Shown here in pieces: positions 25,501 to 37,975 of a stretch of DNA of 64,000 nt; the first letter of the stretch is position 1; each line of letters starts with the position of its first letter. The position numbers and the translations under genes were made by a program. The notes under the pieces were generated by a model. The model made no database searches and had not been told where the DNA came from. It saw only the letters and a program-made list of their open reading frames with translations. Source of the DNA: Marsupella aquatica (lineage: Eukaryota; Plantae; Marchantiophyta); the NCBI GenBank assembly GCA_973895155.1, contig OZ316892.1, positions 11,222,138-11,286,137 on the forward strand, given 5' to 3'.

Positions 25501-26725
25501 CATCTTTCTCCTCTCCTGTCCACAGATCTGGATTTGTAGGTAGACAGTGGTCAGCTGGAAAGATATGAGCGTGGTAATCTTGCTCTGCCGGTTCTGCAAT
25601 TTGCCAGACCCTGCACGGCCAGCAGTGCATTGTTTGTTACCAGTTGCCAAGGCCAGTTAGGGCCTGCTCAAGTTTAATTGCGACTTTCAGAATCGTAGAA
25701 GGAGAAAGTGGAGCCTACCCAAGGCGACCATTAGTCCCCCCTAGAGTCATCACATCTGCCTCCACCTCTCCTTCGCAAGTTTGAAGGCTGACACGTAGCT
25801 GCTCAAGTCCACCATCTGCCCAGTTGCTAGTCTTGCTATACCTCCACACCTGACCACAACAAACATGGTCTTAAGAGTGACAAATCTCTATCACAGCTCT
25901 AATATGTGAGACAACTATTATCTCTGCAAAGAGGTCGAAGGCGAAGGACAAAGTCTGGTGCCTCAAGCATGACACACAATTAGGGTTTCCATAGAATCTG
26001 CATTCTATACATACATGGGTGTGAGACCATGACGATAAAGATTCGAGTCACCAACGTCTTTCTCAAAATCCCTTATTCAATGTCCACTGATTTCGCGTGT
26101 CAAATCACTACATAATCAGAGCAGCAAACGCAATATCAAGCTAACATTAGAGATGGATTACCCGAGGCTGAACGGTGTGCATCTCAAGATATTCGCCTTG
26201 GAAAGCTCTTGCACTGCTGGTATGTTGACCATACCGACGATTGCCTGATATTTCTCTTTGATGTAGCAGTGCTAGAACTCCATCGTCAGGAGTACTTTCC
26301 AACTTTGCTGTATGTGCCAACCCACCCTGACGCTGACCTTGTCGACTTTTGTGTTCCGTAGCCTGAGAGCAACACAAAAAAGGCCGTACCATCATTGAAT
26401 AAACAGTACTCTAAGGTAACAGTCACTAGCCAGTCTCGCTCATGACCTACCTAGTCTCAAGAGGATTCTATCACCCCTCTAAGGTACGGTAACTCCGACA
26501 ACTCAAAGTAACGCCTTGGCAAAGGGGTCTTAGTGAAAAAAGATCAGGTTCAAACTTAACAAAGTCGAGTTCATGGTTTTCAGACACCAGAAACCACATC
26601 AATGGGAGGTACCTGTGCAGATGGGCTCACGGTATCAGCAGACTGCTCACTGGCCCTAGCTTTCGTTCGATGCGATAGTGGGAAATATCTATTCTTCTCA
26701 GTATCAAAGTAGAAACCCGGAAGTT
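22533..26725 (-). CDS. WD40-repeat DWD/DCAF protein (DCAF4/WDR21-like, putative CUL4-DDB1 substrate receptor); first coding exon unresolved
   Basis: Minus-strand exons 26725-26613, 26362-26162, 25849-25719, 25610-25374, 24922-24735, 24524-24424, 24173-23952, 23705-23626, 23436-23379, 23234-23114, 22856-22746 and 22657-22533 join in frame. The protein has the N-terminal ELPGFYFDTEKNRYFPL motif typical of DCAF4-like proteins, GNIVLCGFRNG, YLLASAMNGDIQQWDRR (WDxR), YEGHVNSH and SGGEDCAIRIWS. The start exon must end in phase 1; one candidate is ATG at 26831 (MLVW). Confidence 0.85.
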
Positions 26726-27668
26726 CTGTAGAAACAACAATCAAACGACTACTTAATGGAATTAACCAAAACCCTTCAAACTGGCACATTAGCAGATCAA
26801 TTAAAAAGCATAATTCACCCCAAACCAGCATGAAAGAAATGTCCCTATGGATAGAGGCTGTTACAAAATTAGTGAGCCAACTCAACAAGTTTTTAATAGT
26901 CCTGGAGGACACAGACTGATATGACCAAATTCACAGCGATTGTGCTGACTAGTTCAGAAATGCAAAGGACACGGCTACGATAGACGATGCGGTATGACTG
27001 CCATATTTCCACATTTCTAAACATTATGTCACCAGGGGATCTTCCCGTTTTTCAATACACTCCTTGCTCGTAAAGAGAAGCTTCCGGTTGTTTTCCTTCC
27101 TTACATCCTGGAGCTGAGATTCGGGGAAGAATTTTAAAACACAACTTTTGACTTTCTCGTTTATCCACTTAGAGTTCATTCAGATTCACATAATGTGCAC
27201 GACTGGAGATGCATGAAATTACAGACTAGAGCAGCGAAGCCGCGGACACTGTAATGTCTCCTTAGATATTGTGTCCAAAATGTATTTCGCATAGTCTGTT
27301 TACCATTCTTCTCATCTCAGGTCCCCACGCAGAAAGACATTGTACATTTTACGCCCTTATTTCTCTCAGCCAATTGAGAAGCAGATAGACTGACAGAGGG
27401 ACACAAACATCAAGGGTACAACTACAAAACCTCTGATTTCTCCATGGCAAGTCATCGTTCACACGCCCGAAATTAAATCACACTCTTCAAATTATGTTAT
27501 CATTAGAGTCAGCGTGCAGCAAGATATGGATGAACCTAAAACAGAGGAACGAAGAAACAAAGATTGCGAGTGGACCAGAAGTAAGAGCCATCTGTCTGTC
27601 AATAGGAGAGGCAGTGGAAATACAAACCAGGGCGACGCATAATGACCACAATAATGTCTCCTTCGGGA

Positions 27669-27672
<4 letters not shown>

Positions 27673-27729
<57 letters not shown>
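27673..27729. repeat. (CT/GA)n microsatellite upstream of the WD40 gene
   Basis: About 28 perfect CT units. Confidence 0.95.
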
Positions 27730-27732
<3 letters not shown>

Positions 27733-29031
27733 GCGGCGGCGGAAGGAGCAGCAGGATCAAGAGCGGCCTCCGGTGCGAACAATCTCTCAATCTATCAACC
27801 TATCTCCTCACTGGAGACATCTCTCGATCTCTAGATTGCAGTAGCCATGCAGCGTCATCGTTCCTACTCTGAGATAATCGAAATCCTCCTCTGCTCCAAT
27901 CTTTGTCACCCGAATTATTTGATTGACATGTCTGTTCTTTGCTTGATCGATTGAAACCTGTCTGTCGACTCCTGGAGCTTGAGAGCGGACATTACAGCTC
28001 AGTACAGTGCTAATCTTCTGCTTTCAGCGGACTTGATAGATTGATGAGGCTATTTGAATCGATTGGCACAGTGCTTGTAAATGTCCCTAGAGCAAATTCG
28101 TTACAGAATCTGCTCAATTCGCTGCGCTTACAGAATCGAGCTTGAGTCTCTTCTTCGAAGTTGAAGCCCGGATGGACCTCCACGTTTGCGAAAATGCTTT
28201 ACGTACTTTCGTAACCCGGATGGACTTTCTTTTGCTCAGATAACACATATTACGCGGGAGAGACATATTACACGGGAGTGAAATGTGACAGGTAAATAGA
28301 TAATAACACTTCACTAGCCCGATTACCCGTTAAATAGGAACTTAAAGCCGCTCTCATGGACACACACCTTTGTTAAGACTACCGGGATGGACACAACCAA
28401 GTGACACTGTAAGAAGAATCTTCAATTACACTTAACAAACAGATTACTGTCTTTCATTAACCAAAGGAAACCTTGCTTTAGACCTTATGGTTGAGTTAGG
28501 CGGTCACCGCATCCTTGCAGGGAGGAAAAAGTGGACGGACTACCAGAAGAATCAACCAAATACCGACTAGTCCCGGTCACATACCTCCTTACACGTCACT
28601 TTGGGATTACAATCAAAAGGCGTGTTACACGAGGAAAAAAATGCAGTTCGGATTGTGTCTATCTGGCTTGTGTGTCCATCCGGGCTTTCTTCCAAACCTG
28701 TGTGTTCATGAGGGCTTTAAGTTTGTTAAATAGATATGAACAAAATTTATTTTGCATAAGAAAATTTCTATGTTGTTTATTTATTCTCATTTAAAGTTTT
28801 TTCACTTATGTCTTTATTAAGGGTTACGGTCTAGAGGCTTCACTCTAGACCCTAGGCCCTTAAGAGTAGGCTTAGTTTGTTTTATAGTAAAATACCCTTA
28901 AACGGCCACTAGCCATATAAAAGGGGGAAGTATCTTTCACTTTACACTCTTTCTTCTTCTCTCATGTTCCATATTGCTCCACAAATTCAATTAAGTGAAA
29001 GGGCTCTATTTATGGTGAAACCTGGTGTAAC

Positions 29032-29180
29032 CAGGTTGCTTGCTAGTGGTGGTTTAAAGCTACTTCTCTTTGCGTAACTGTAGGGCATTCATTGAGACTG
29101 AAGACTAGTCAGGTTGCTTGCTAGTGGTGGTTTAAAGCTACTTCTCTTTGTGTAACTTTAGGGCAATCATTGAGAAGACT
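29032..29180. repeat. Tandem duplication, 78-bp period x2
   Basis: CAGGTTGCTTGCTAGTGGTGGTTTAAAGCTACTTCTCTTTG... at 29032 and 29110. Confidence 0.9.
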
Positions 29181-31175
29181 GCATGCGGTAGTCAGGATTT
29201 TGGATCAGCTTTTGAAAATTCTACTCTACTTTAATTGAAATTTAAAAAACAAAAATTCTTCTAGGCCTTTAAGTGTATTAAGGTCTTGTTACCAGAGAGT
29301 TATAGGCATTAATAATCCCTAGAAACAAGAGCTTATGGCAATATATCACACAATGTGCTGTAAATAGGACTTTACTGTATACATATTACGCCGGAGAGTG
29401 AAATGTGACAAAAAAGCAAGAAAGTCATCTTTGGGAATTCAACCTCTTTCAATATTCAACAAACTCTTAAATATTTGGCAGCTTGAAAATATCTATTTAA
29501 CCTGCATAACAAGGGAGAAATTGAAGAACTGAGTTTGTTGATAAAAAAGTTTTGGAAGCAAGAAGAGTAAATGGTGAGGCACAGGGTAATTTTCAAGAAT
29601 TTTTAACTCTCTCAACTCTTAGTGAAAGTTGGTTATATTATATTAGATGGAAAGATTTCTCCAAGCCACACATGGAAGGAGACATTTGAAGTTTGCTGAC
29701 CAAAACCTCCTGGAAGTGAAAAGAGTGTCAGCCAGTGACAATGTAAAGGGTGTCACCATCCACAGGGATTGTATGGTTCATAAGCTTGGTCCTTGTGGGG
29801 CTTCAGATTCCTTTCTTTCTTCTTCCCATGTTCTTTCATGATTTCATTACAGCACGATACCTGAGTTGCTAGAAGGGAAGGGCAGGTGGAAGTTAATGCT
29901 AGGATGGACCACCAACATTTGATGAGTACTCTTGGACCAAGCATCCTTTAAATAACTCAAGCGATAATTGATATTCAAAAGTTGAAAAGAAATGTCATGT
30001 GTCACCTGTTTAAGAAGTAGTCCCTTAAAAATTGATCAAATTAAGAAAAACCAAAACCATTGCATAGGATGGGCATTGCAAACAGTGGCACTCCCACAAA
30101 ATTTGTAGCAAGTTCAATCCCTTATCAAACACAATGCTCTGTTCACCAAATATAGACCCTGCGGATGATTTTAGATCACTTAACTCAGTTTTCCCTATAA
30201 GGCCCCGCTTTATTGGTAGGGGAGTACAGTAAGGGTTCAAAGTGTTAAAAACAAATGCTACAGTGCATGGTTGGTTTAAGTCTAGCTACCTGTTCAAATG
30301 TTGATGAGGGTATAAAAAGTCAAAACCATTGCAGGGATGCCGGGTGCTCAGTAAAAAATGACCTTCCCTCCCCCCACAAGGCAAATCTCTTGGCTTGAGG
30401 GAGGAAAGGAAAGGACTTGTAAACGGACAGCTAGTCGGAAATAAATACCCCATGGTGTATAATTTCATTCAGTCTCACTTGACCATGCCTTCTTTGGTCA
30501 CATACTTATCTGTAGTTTTGTGTGCATTTATTTTCTCAATGCAAAGATGTGAAAACAATTCTTGGCATCTGGCTTGGCATTTTTAACACCTGCTGCTACA
30601 ACAACATCAACAATAACGACGTAGTACAGTGTGCTCTGGTTTCAAAATTTATTTATTTATTATCTTTCTAAGGGGAAATCTGTGAAACCCCATGGAAAAG
30701 GAAGGGTCAGTCACAATAATTGAACACAAGATCTATCAATCTTTACTCAAGTGAGCTACCACAAAGTCATGCCTCTTTGGGGTGGTTTCAAAAAGTTAGT
30801 CATGCAGATTTGCCAATGTACATTTACTTTACTTCAAATTTAATGTGGGCCCCTTTTTCACCCTGCCTATAATTCCATTCAAATATGCCTCCATGAAGGT
30901 GGTATACTTTGGGGTCCTTGAAAGAGTAATGTACACTACACCAGTAGATGATTGCCTGGACAAAGTGAAATCCTTGCCATTATTTGAGACATGACTGCAT
31001 ATGGGTGGTATCTGGTAGGGTAGTCTAGAATATTAAAGCCAGATCTGGGGAATATACAGGGGAAAATATGGGGTGGGAGGATACGACATACAACATGATT
31101 TTTGTTTTTGTTTTTGGGGAGGGATGGTAGCTAGGGGCTGGATAGGGAGGAAGATTCTTTCTGTTGTCTTGTGAC

Positions 31176-31519
31176 TGTTAGATATTGCTCTAGTCTTGTG
31201 ACTCATGAGCTAACTACAGTTAGGTTAACTTGGGTTAGGACTTAGCTAATGTTAGCGGTAGTGCTGTTGTGTATATAGCCAGGGCTGATACCAGACCCTG
31301 GTGGAACTTAGGCTCATTGTTACGGAGCTAGTTGAGAGATAGGGAGAGCTTGTGCTGTGGATGCTTGGTATGGCCGATCGGCCTAGAGTGCAGTAAAGCT
31401 CTTGTGTGTTCCCATGGACGTAGCCTCATGTGGAGGTGAACCACGTATCTCTCTGTGTCGACTATTGTGCGTTGGATGGTTCATGGGCTTGCCGTTGCGA
31501 ATGTCGTCTATGCTCAACA
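31176..31519 (+). repeat. 5' LTR of Copia-1
   Basis: TGTTAGATATTG...GCTCAACA, followed by the PBS. It differs from the 3' LTR by 15 substitutions (manual count). Confidence 0.95.
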
Positions 31520-34500
31520 AGTGGTATCAGAGCATGCCTGGGAGGTGACGAGGTTTTTTCGTGATAGGTTTTCCAGCGTTCATTGTCGGTGGCACATTCG
31601 GAGTTTCGTCGCATGAAACTCGAATGTGTGTGGCTGAGCGGATAGGTTAGTGAGAGGGCTTTCTAACGGTGGTTAGAACTCGCTGATCGGTATCCGTGGT
31701 GCGGAGGAATCGAAGTTTTCGTCGTTCAGGTTTTATTCATGTTCGATGGGTTGTCGGGGGAGAGACCAGAGTTTGCATTTTCCAACGGTGTGAGTTGTGC
31801 GGTGTTCGGGAGATCGCACATTATAGCTTAAGTTGAAGGTTGAAGCGAGCTGGTCGTTTCGGTAGCTGGATTGCTGTCGAGTTGTTACCGAGTGTGTCGT
31901 GACGAGTGAAGGAGGCGTTCAGGTTTTTTCACAAGCTATGGAGCTTGTTCTCATCTGAACCGGGTTTCTCTTTATGACGTCCGACTCGGTGGAAGAAACG
32001 CAAAGTGCTACGGCTCAATGGTTTGATCACGGCGAAGCGGTCATTTTGAGCCCGAGATTGGCACTTGATGCGGAGTGAAGGCGACGCGATGGAATTTTTT
32101 TACTCTGCTGGAGCAGCAGACTGCGCCGGTGCAATTTGGCAATATTTCCCGTCGGCGGCGTTCACTTTCCTCACTTAAAACAGCGGCATATCAGGTGAGT
32201 AATTGACTTTTTTAAAGCGGGGTCAATTTTCGCTTTTAAAGGGGTTTGTTTGGGGTTTATTTTGTGTGTATACACACGAGGTGTATACACACCTCGGCCT
32301 TGTACCCCTGTACGCCCGTGCCCGACCCCCGTTTTCTATGCCGTCTCACGTAGCGCCGGCCGGCGCAAAAGCAACTGCCCGGCAGCTGCTGCCTCCCCTC
32401 GCGCCCTTTAACTCTCGACTCCCTTTCGGCCGGCCCTACCGAGCCGGGGACTCGCCCTCTGTGTTCCCTCCCCACGCCCCACGCTGCTAGCTGGCCGCGA
32501 CGCGGCTATGCCCGCCGGTCGCCCTCCCTCGTCCTTGTCCTTTAAAGAGCCCCGACTCCGGCCATACGCCCTTCTGGCGTACGACCTCCTCGCCCTTGTA
32601 TTTACCGCCTCAATACACTGTATTCCTCCAAGCCCGCCTCGCGTCTAGGCGACGCGGATGTGCCTTTGTTATACCTGTATTTTCTGGTTTTAAGGGCCTT
32701 AAGGGCCACCTTTAGGCTCCTTTTTTAACTCTTTCTTCCTTTCGGTTCTCCTTGACTATCGGGACCTGCCGCCCTCCGTTTTAACCGCTCCGACAGGGGG
32801 AACGGCCCCCTGTGAGACCTGTTGGACTATGCGGGAATATTCCCAAAAAACAGAGAGCTGTTTTTTGGCCGTCCGACAAAGATTTCATCCACCGAACGGT
32901 AACTTTTTTGGTTCTTTTTTGGTGAGAACGTTGCCACTGGTGTTAGCAACGCGGCACACCGATCACATTGCGATTCCAATGACGGGTTGTACTTGGTATT
33001 TTGGTTATTCTTCGAGGTGGTCAAAACGGGGGAGTTTCCCAAGGTTTTACCCACCCCGACCAAAATTTGAATAAATTTTTTGTCGAATTTCGATTTTGAT
33101 TTCGGGTTTCAGTATTGGACTCCTAGCTTCGTGGGCTACACGGCGGTATTGAGTTTTGAGTTTTGTGAGAAGTTTCGAAAAAAGACGTTTTTTCGTGATT
33201 GTTTCATATGAGTGACTTTGGGGATACTGGAAGAATTGGCGTCGGTGGAGCTTCAGGATCGCGACGGTCAGACGGTGAGTCTGAGGAGGAGCTACTACCG
33301 TTTGAGGAGGAACAAGTTTCACCGGTACGATCACCGGTGCGGCGTGCAGTGGAGGAAGCTGTGCTACTACCAGAGCTGTTGGTAGTGGGGAAGAAGAGGG
33401 AGATGACTAGATTTGGAGGAGTGAAGTTTGAGGTGGAGAAGTACGATGGTCGGACTGATTACTTGCTCTGGGAGAAGCAAGTGAAGGGTATTCTACGGGC
33501 CATGGGCTTAGCTCATCTGCTCTCTTTGCGAGAGTAGTATGATGGAGAGGAGAAGATTTATGTGAGACAGTGGAGACAGGAGCAGGTGATTGTTGTCAAT
33601 GTAGTGATGCTATATCTCAAGCCGCACATCATCAAGCAACTGGATGATTATGCGGATTGTGCGTCACTGTTCAAGGCTCTAAGAGAGAAGTACTATCGGA
33701 AAGATGCGTCAGACCGGCTGTACAAGAAGTCTCTCTTGATGAGCCTCAGGCTCAAGGAAGGGAGCAAGATGTAGGATCACCTGGATGAATTTGACAGTCT
33801 AGCGGTGGATCTGTCAAACCTGGGAAAATGAGTTGAAGATGAGGATAAGGCCTTGCTTCTGCTAAGCTCCTTACCGCCGTCATATCAGGGCTTGAAACAG
33901 GTGCTCTTGTACAGAGATCTGAAGTCCATTTCGTATAATGAGGTGGTGAGCTCTTTACTGTCTGATGATGCTCAGACGAAGCTGGGTCAATCATAGACAA
34001 CATCTTCTTCTAGCACTGCGCTCAATGTGAACAGGGGAAGAGCAGCGCAACGCTCGAATGGGCAGAACTGGTTTAGATCTACATCTCGGGGGAGATCTAA
34101 ATCCAGAGGGAAATCTCAAGAGAGAAAGCCTCTTGCATGTTGGAATTGTGGCAAGCCTGGCCACATGAAAAGGGACTGTCGAGTAAAGGTCCCTACTGCC
34201 TCTGCTAACGCGGCATCGAGCTCGCATGAGGTAGATTTACTCGATGATGATGACATATTGTGATGTCAAGGTTATGCTCTCAACGTACTAGTGTCAAATC
34301 CAGGTAGTGATGACTGGATTCTAGATAGTGCATGTACTTTTCACATTTGCTCTAGAAGAGATTGTTTCAGTTCTTACACAATTTCCAACGGGTCAGTGTT
34401 GATGGGAAATGGAATCCCATGTCAAGTTGTTGGACTTGGATCTGTAAGATTTCAGATGTTTGATGGTGCTATGAGAACATTGAGGAATGTGAGACATATT

Positions 34501-35779
34501 CCCAGCATGATGAAAAATCTCATTTCACTTGGAGTTTTAGAGGCAAATGGTCATCAGTGGAATTCTGCTAATGGTGTCCTTCAGGTTTCAACTGGTACTA
34601 AAGTTGTATTGAAGGGAAAGAGACATTGCAATCTATACATTTTTGAGGGCAGTGTAGTCTGTGATGAAGCCAATGTAACCTTATCTCATGAGGAGACGGC
34701 CCGGCTGTGGCACTTCCGTTTGGGCCACATGAGTGAAAAAGGTTTGGTTATTCTTCAGAAGAAAGGATTACTTTCTAATTTGCAATCTTGTAAGTTGGAA
34801 TTTTGTGAGCATTGTGTGCTAGGGAAGCAGCATAGGAAACCCTTCGGAGTTGAAACTCACACCAGCAAGGAGGTACTTGAGTATGTACATAGTGATGTGT
34901 GGGGTCCAGCCCCTACTCCCTCACATTCTGGACGGTTATACTATGTCATGTTCATTGACGATTACTCAAGGTATGTGTGGATATACTTTCTACACAATAA
35001 GTCTGATGTTTTTGCCACTTTTAAGGAGTGGAAAGCCCAAGTTGAGAATCAGACTGGTAATAAGGTGAGATATCTTCAATCGGATAATGGCGGTGAATAC
35101 AATTCCGGGGAATTTGGAATGTATTGTAAGGAGCAGGGGATTACCCGCCATCTCACAACAAGTTATACTCCTCAGCAGAATGGTGTTTCTGAGAGACTCA
35201 ACCGAACACTATTGGACCGCTCGAGGAGCATGTTGAGTCAATCATGCTTACCACATGAGTTTTGGGCTGAAGCTGTCAACACTGCAGCTTATTTGGTAAA
35301 TTTTTCTCCATCCAGTTCTATTGGATTCAAGACGCCATTTGAAATGAGGTACGGGCGTCCAGTAGATTATTCACATCTGAGGATTTTTGGATGTGATGCT
35401 TATGTGCTTACACCTTCCCAACTTCAATCCAAGCTGGAGTCCAAGTCCAAGAAGTGCATTTTCCTTGGTTATCAGAAAGGTGTGAAGGGTTATAGGTTAT
35501 GGGATCCAGTAACCTGTAAGCTAATTGTCAATAGAGATGTGTCTTTTAATGAATCTAGATCATCAAAGGAGGGGGAGAGTTCTCAGGACTCCCATACTGA
35601 CAAGGGGAAATCTCCCATCCCGGACGGGGTTGAGGGGGAGATTAGTCATGATGATGTTCATGACAGGAGAGATGGAGAAGCTCCGGGCTTGGAGCTGGTT
35701 TCTGTGATGAAACAAGAGGAGCAGATTGTTGTTGGGGTACCTCAAATTCAACCAGCAGCAGCAGCAGATCAGCCTGAGT

Positions 35780-36968
35780 TGTCGTACAATGCTAAGTAAC
35801 AAAAGTGACTCTTCTCACTTAAAACCGAGGTTTCGATCCCTTTAAGAACAAATTTCAGGATGAATTGAATAACTTTTATCACTCTGAGTGGTTTAGAACT
35901 CTCCACTCTAAACCTTTTCTTATTTCCCAATAAAAATCAAATAAACAAGCATAAATAATCGAACTTTTGATTACGGATCATAGAGAACAAGGTTTGAAGA
36001 TTCAGGTTTGCTATTGCCACTCCTTCAGAAAGGACTTGGTCTCAGTATAGACCTACATTCAATCTCTTCCCATCAACTTCTCAAAAAACACAAAGTTGAA
36101 TGATAATCGAGTTCTAAATCTGACAAACAGAGCAGCTTTCTGGTTGTTAATGTAATGATAGGACTTAAAATGCCATCAACACGGTTTGACATCAGCGATG
36201 CGCAATTCAGTCAAACTCTAAGTCATATTCCAAAAACAAAGCAACGGTACTCAATGCTATGAAAGTCGAATTTACTTCTCATTTATCAACAACTACTCTT
36301 GAATTGGCTAGCGAATCTTGACTCCACAAGCAAGCCTAGCAGTGAATTCAATTCGAGTATCAGGAGTCTGTAACTGAATTCAATCACCATAGGAATCTTT
36401 CGAATTCAATTACAACTTCAAACGAATACAACTTTACTTCCATATAAAACACGAGTCTCGATCAACATGTCTTGTTATAATGGAAGGAGAAGAAGTTATT
36501 GAGAGTATTCAATTCTGAACATAATGTTGACATTCTCTCTCTTGTTCTCTCTACTTCTCTCTAACTCAAATGAGCATTCTACTCATCTTATAAGTGCTGG
36601 AATCCTAAAATGAAGGAGGTAAGGACAGACATGCCTCTTCAAATGAGCGGGGAAAAGCAAATAAACGAGAGGAGTAACCGGGTCATGGAAACAACTAAGG
36701 AGTGAACAACAGGCCGCAGGCTAAAAGAAAGATGGACGCTACTAAAAGTCGGACACTGCTAAAAGTGTCAGTCATCACTGGAGGGAACGCTTCTAACGGC
36801 GTCCGAGGGTGAACATATTCTTCAAGTCAGGTGGTAGCGTCGAATACATCCAGAAGCAACCCAAATAGATAAGCATCGTCGGAAGGCGTCGAGAAATAGG
36901 TTGAATCTTGTAATAAGCAGTGAATAAGCGTGTTTAATCAAAAAAATGAAAATGAGAACCATTCCACA
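35780..36968 (-). mobile_element. Solo LTR A (1189 bp) inserted in Copia-1 INT-RT linker
   Basis: TG...CA termini with a perfect TSD TGAGT (35775-35779, 36969-36973). Removing it restores the pol frame (QPESSTRRTSSRSTRAPTRYG). It has no ORF. Minus orientation is inferred from TATAAG followed by a GA-rich tract. Confidence 0.88.
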
Positions 36969-37614
36969 TGAGTCGTCTACTAGAAGAACTTCCAGTCGTT
37001 CTACTAGAGCTCCTACCAGGTATGGTCAATGGGCAGACTCATCTAAGCTAGATGATATTGACATTGCACCTGATGAAGATGACATGGCTTTGATCTTGGA
37101 AGAAGGAGAGCCTTCTTCGTACAGTGAGGCTTGTGCTTCAAAACAGAAGCATGAGTGGAATGCAGCAATGCAGAGGGAGTTGCAATCTTTGAGTGACAAC
37201 AAGACATGGGAGTTGGTGAAGCTTCCAAGAGGTCAACAAGTGGTGGACAGCAAGTGGATTTACAAGTTGAAGGACGGTCCTTCAGAGGGTGGAGATAAGA
37301 TCTACAAGGCAAGGCTTGTTGCCAAGGGGTTCACTCAGGAGAAAGGAGTGGACTACAATGAGGTCTTTTCACCGGTGGCTAAGTATTCCACAATATGGAT
37401 CTTGTGTCAGCTTGTTGTATTTTTTGGTCTGGTGATGGATCAGATGGATGTTGTTACTGCTTTTCTCTATGGCAACTTGGAAGAGTTGATCTTCATGAGA
37501 CAGTCATTAGGCTTTATGAAGAAGGGCCAAGAGAACTTAGTTTGCAGATTGCTCAAGTCCTTGTATGGATTGAAGTAGTCTCCCAGACAGTGGAACAAGC
37601 GGTTTGATGATTTC

Positions 37615-37908
37615 TATAAGAAACCATCAGCTCCGGACTAGACAGCAATGCGGAAACATGAGAGACACTCAATCAGACGCTACACCGACGAGACACCCCG
37701 AGTGGAGAAACTCCTGAAGGCTCAATAGCAAATGAGAGTACATGTGAAGAATGAGGGAGAGAGTGGTCTCCCTCCAGCCTATACCCCCCAAGGGGGCCAA
37801 GATGAGTGGGCCTAAACAAAGCGGATCTTATCCTAATGTAATCTAGGGTTAACTAACCCTAGTAAGGCCAAAATAAACTAAGTGAGGAACTCGAGTCAAT
37901 TCCTAACA
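37615..37908 (-). repeat. 3' LTR of Copia-2
   Basis: Near-identical to 45484-45777; the terminal CA has mutated to TA. Confidence 0.93.
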
Positions 37909-37975
37909 ATCTCCACCTTGACTCCAGTTGACACAATGAGTCAGGTGATATACAATACGTAACTAAGTAACATAT

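Noticed and set aside
27492-27872. Poly-ER / poly-SL ORFs
   Set aside because: They are translations of the (CT)n repeat.
34261-34263. Single TGA between Copia-1 zinc knuckle and protease as programmed readthrough
   Set aside because: The element has several other stops explained by C>T/G>A decay, and Copia-2 is open at this point. It cannot be told apart from mutation without other copies.
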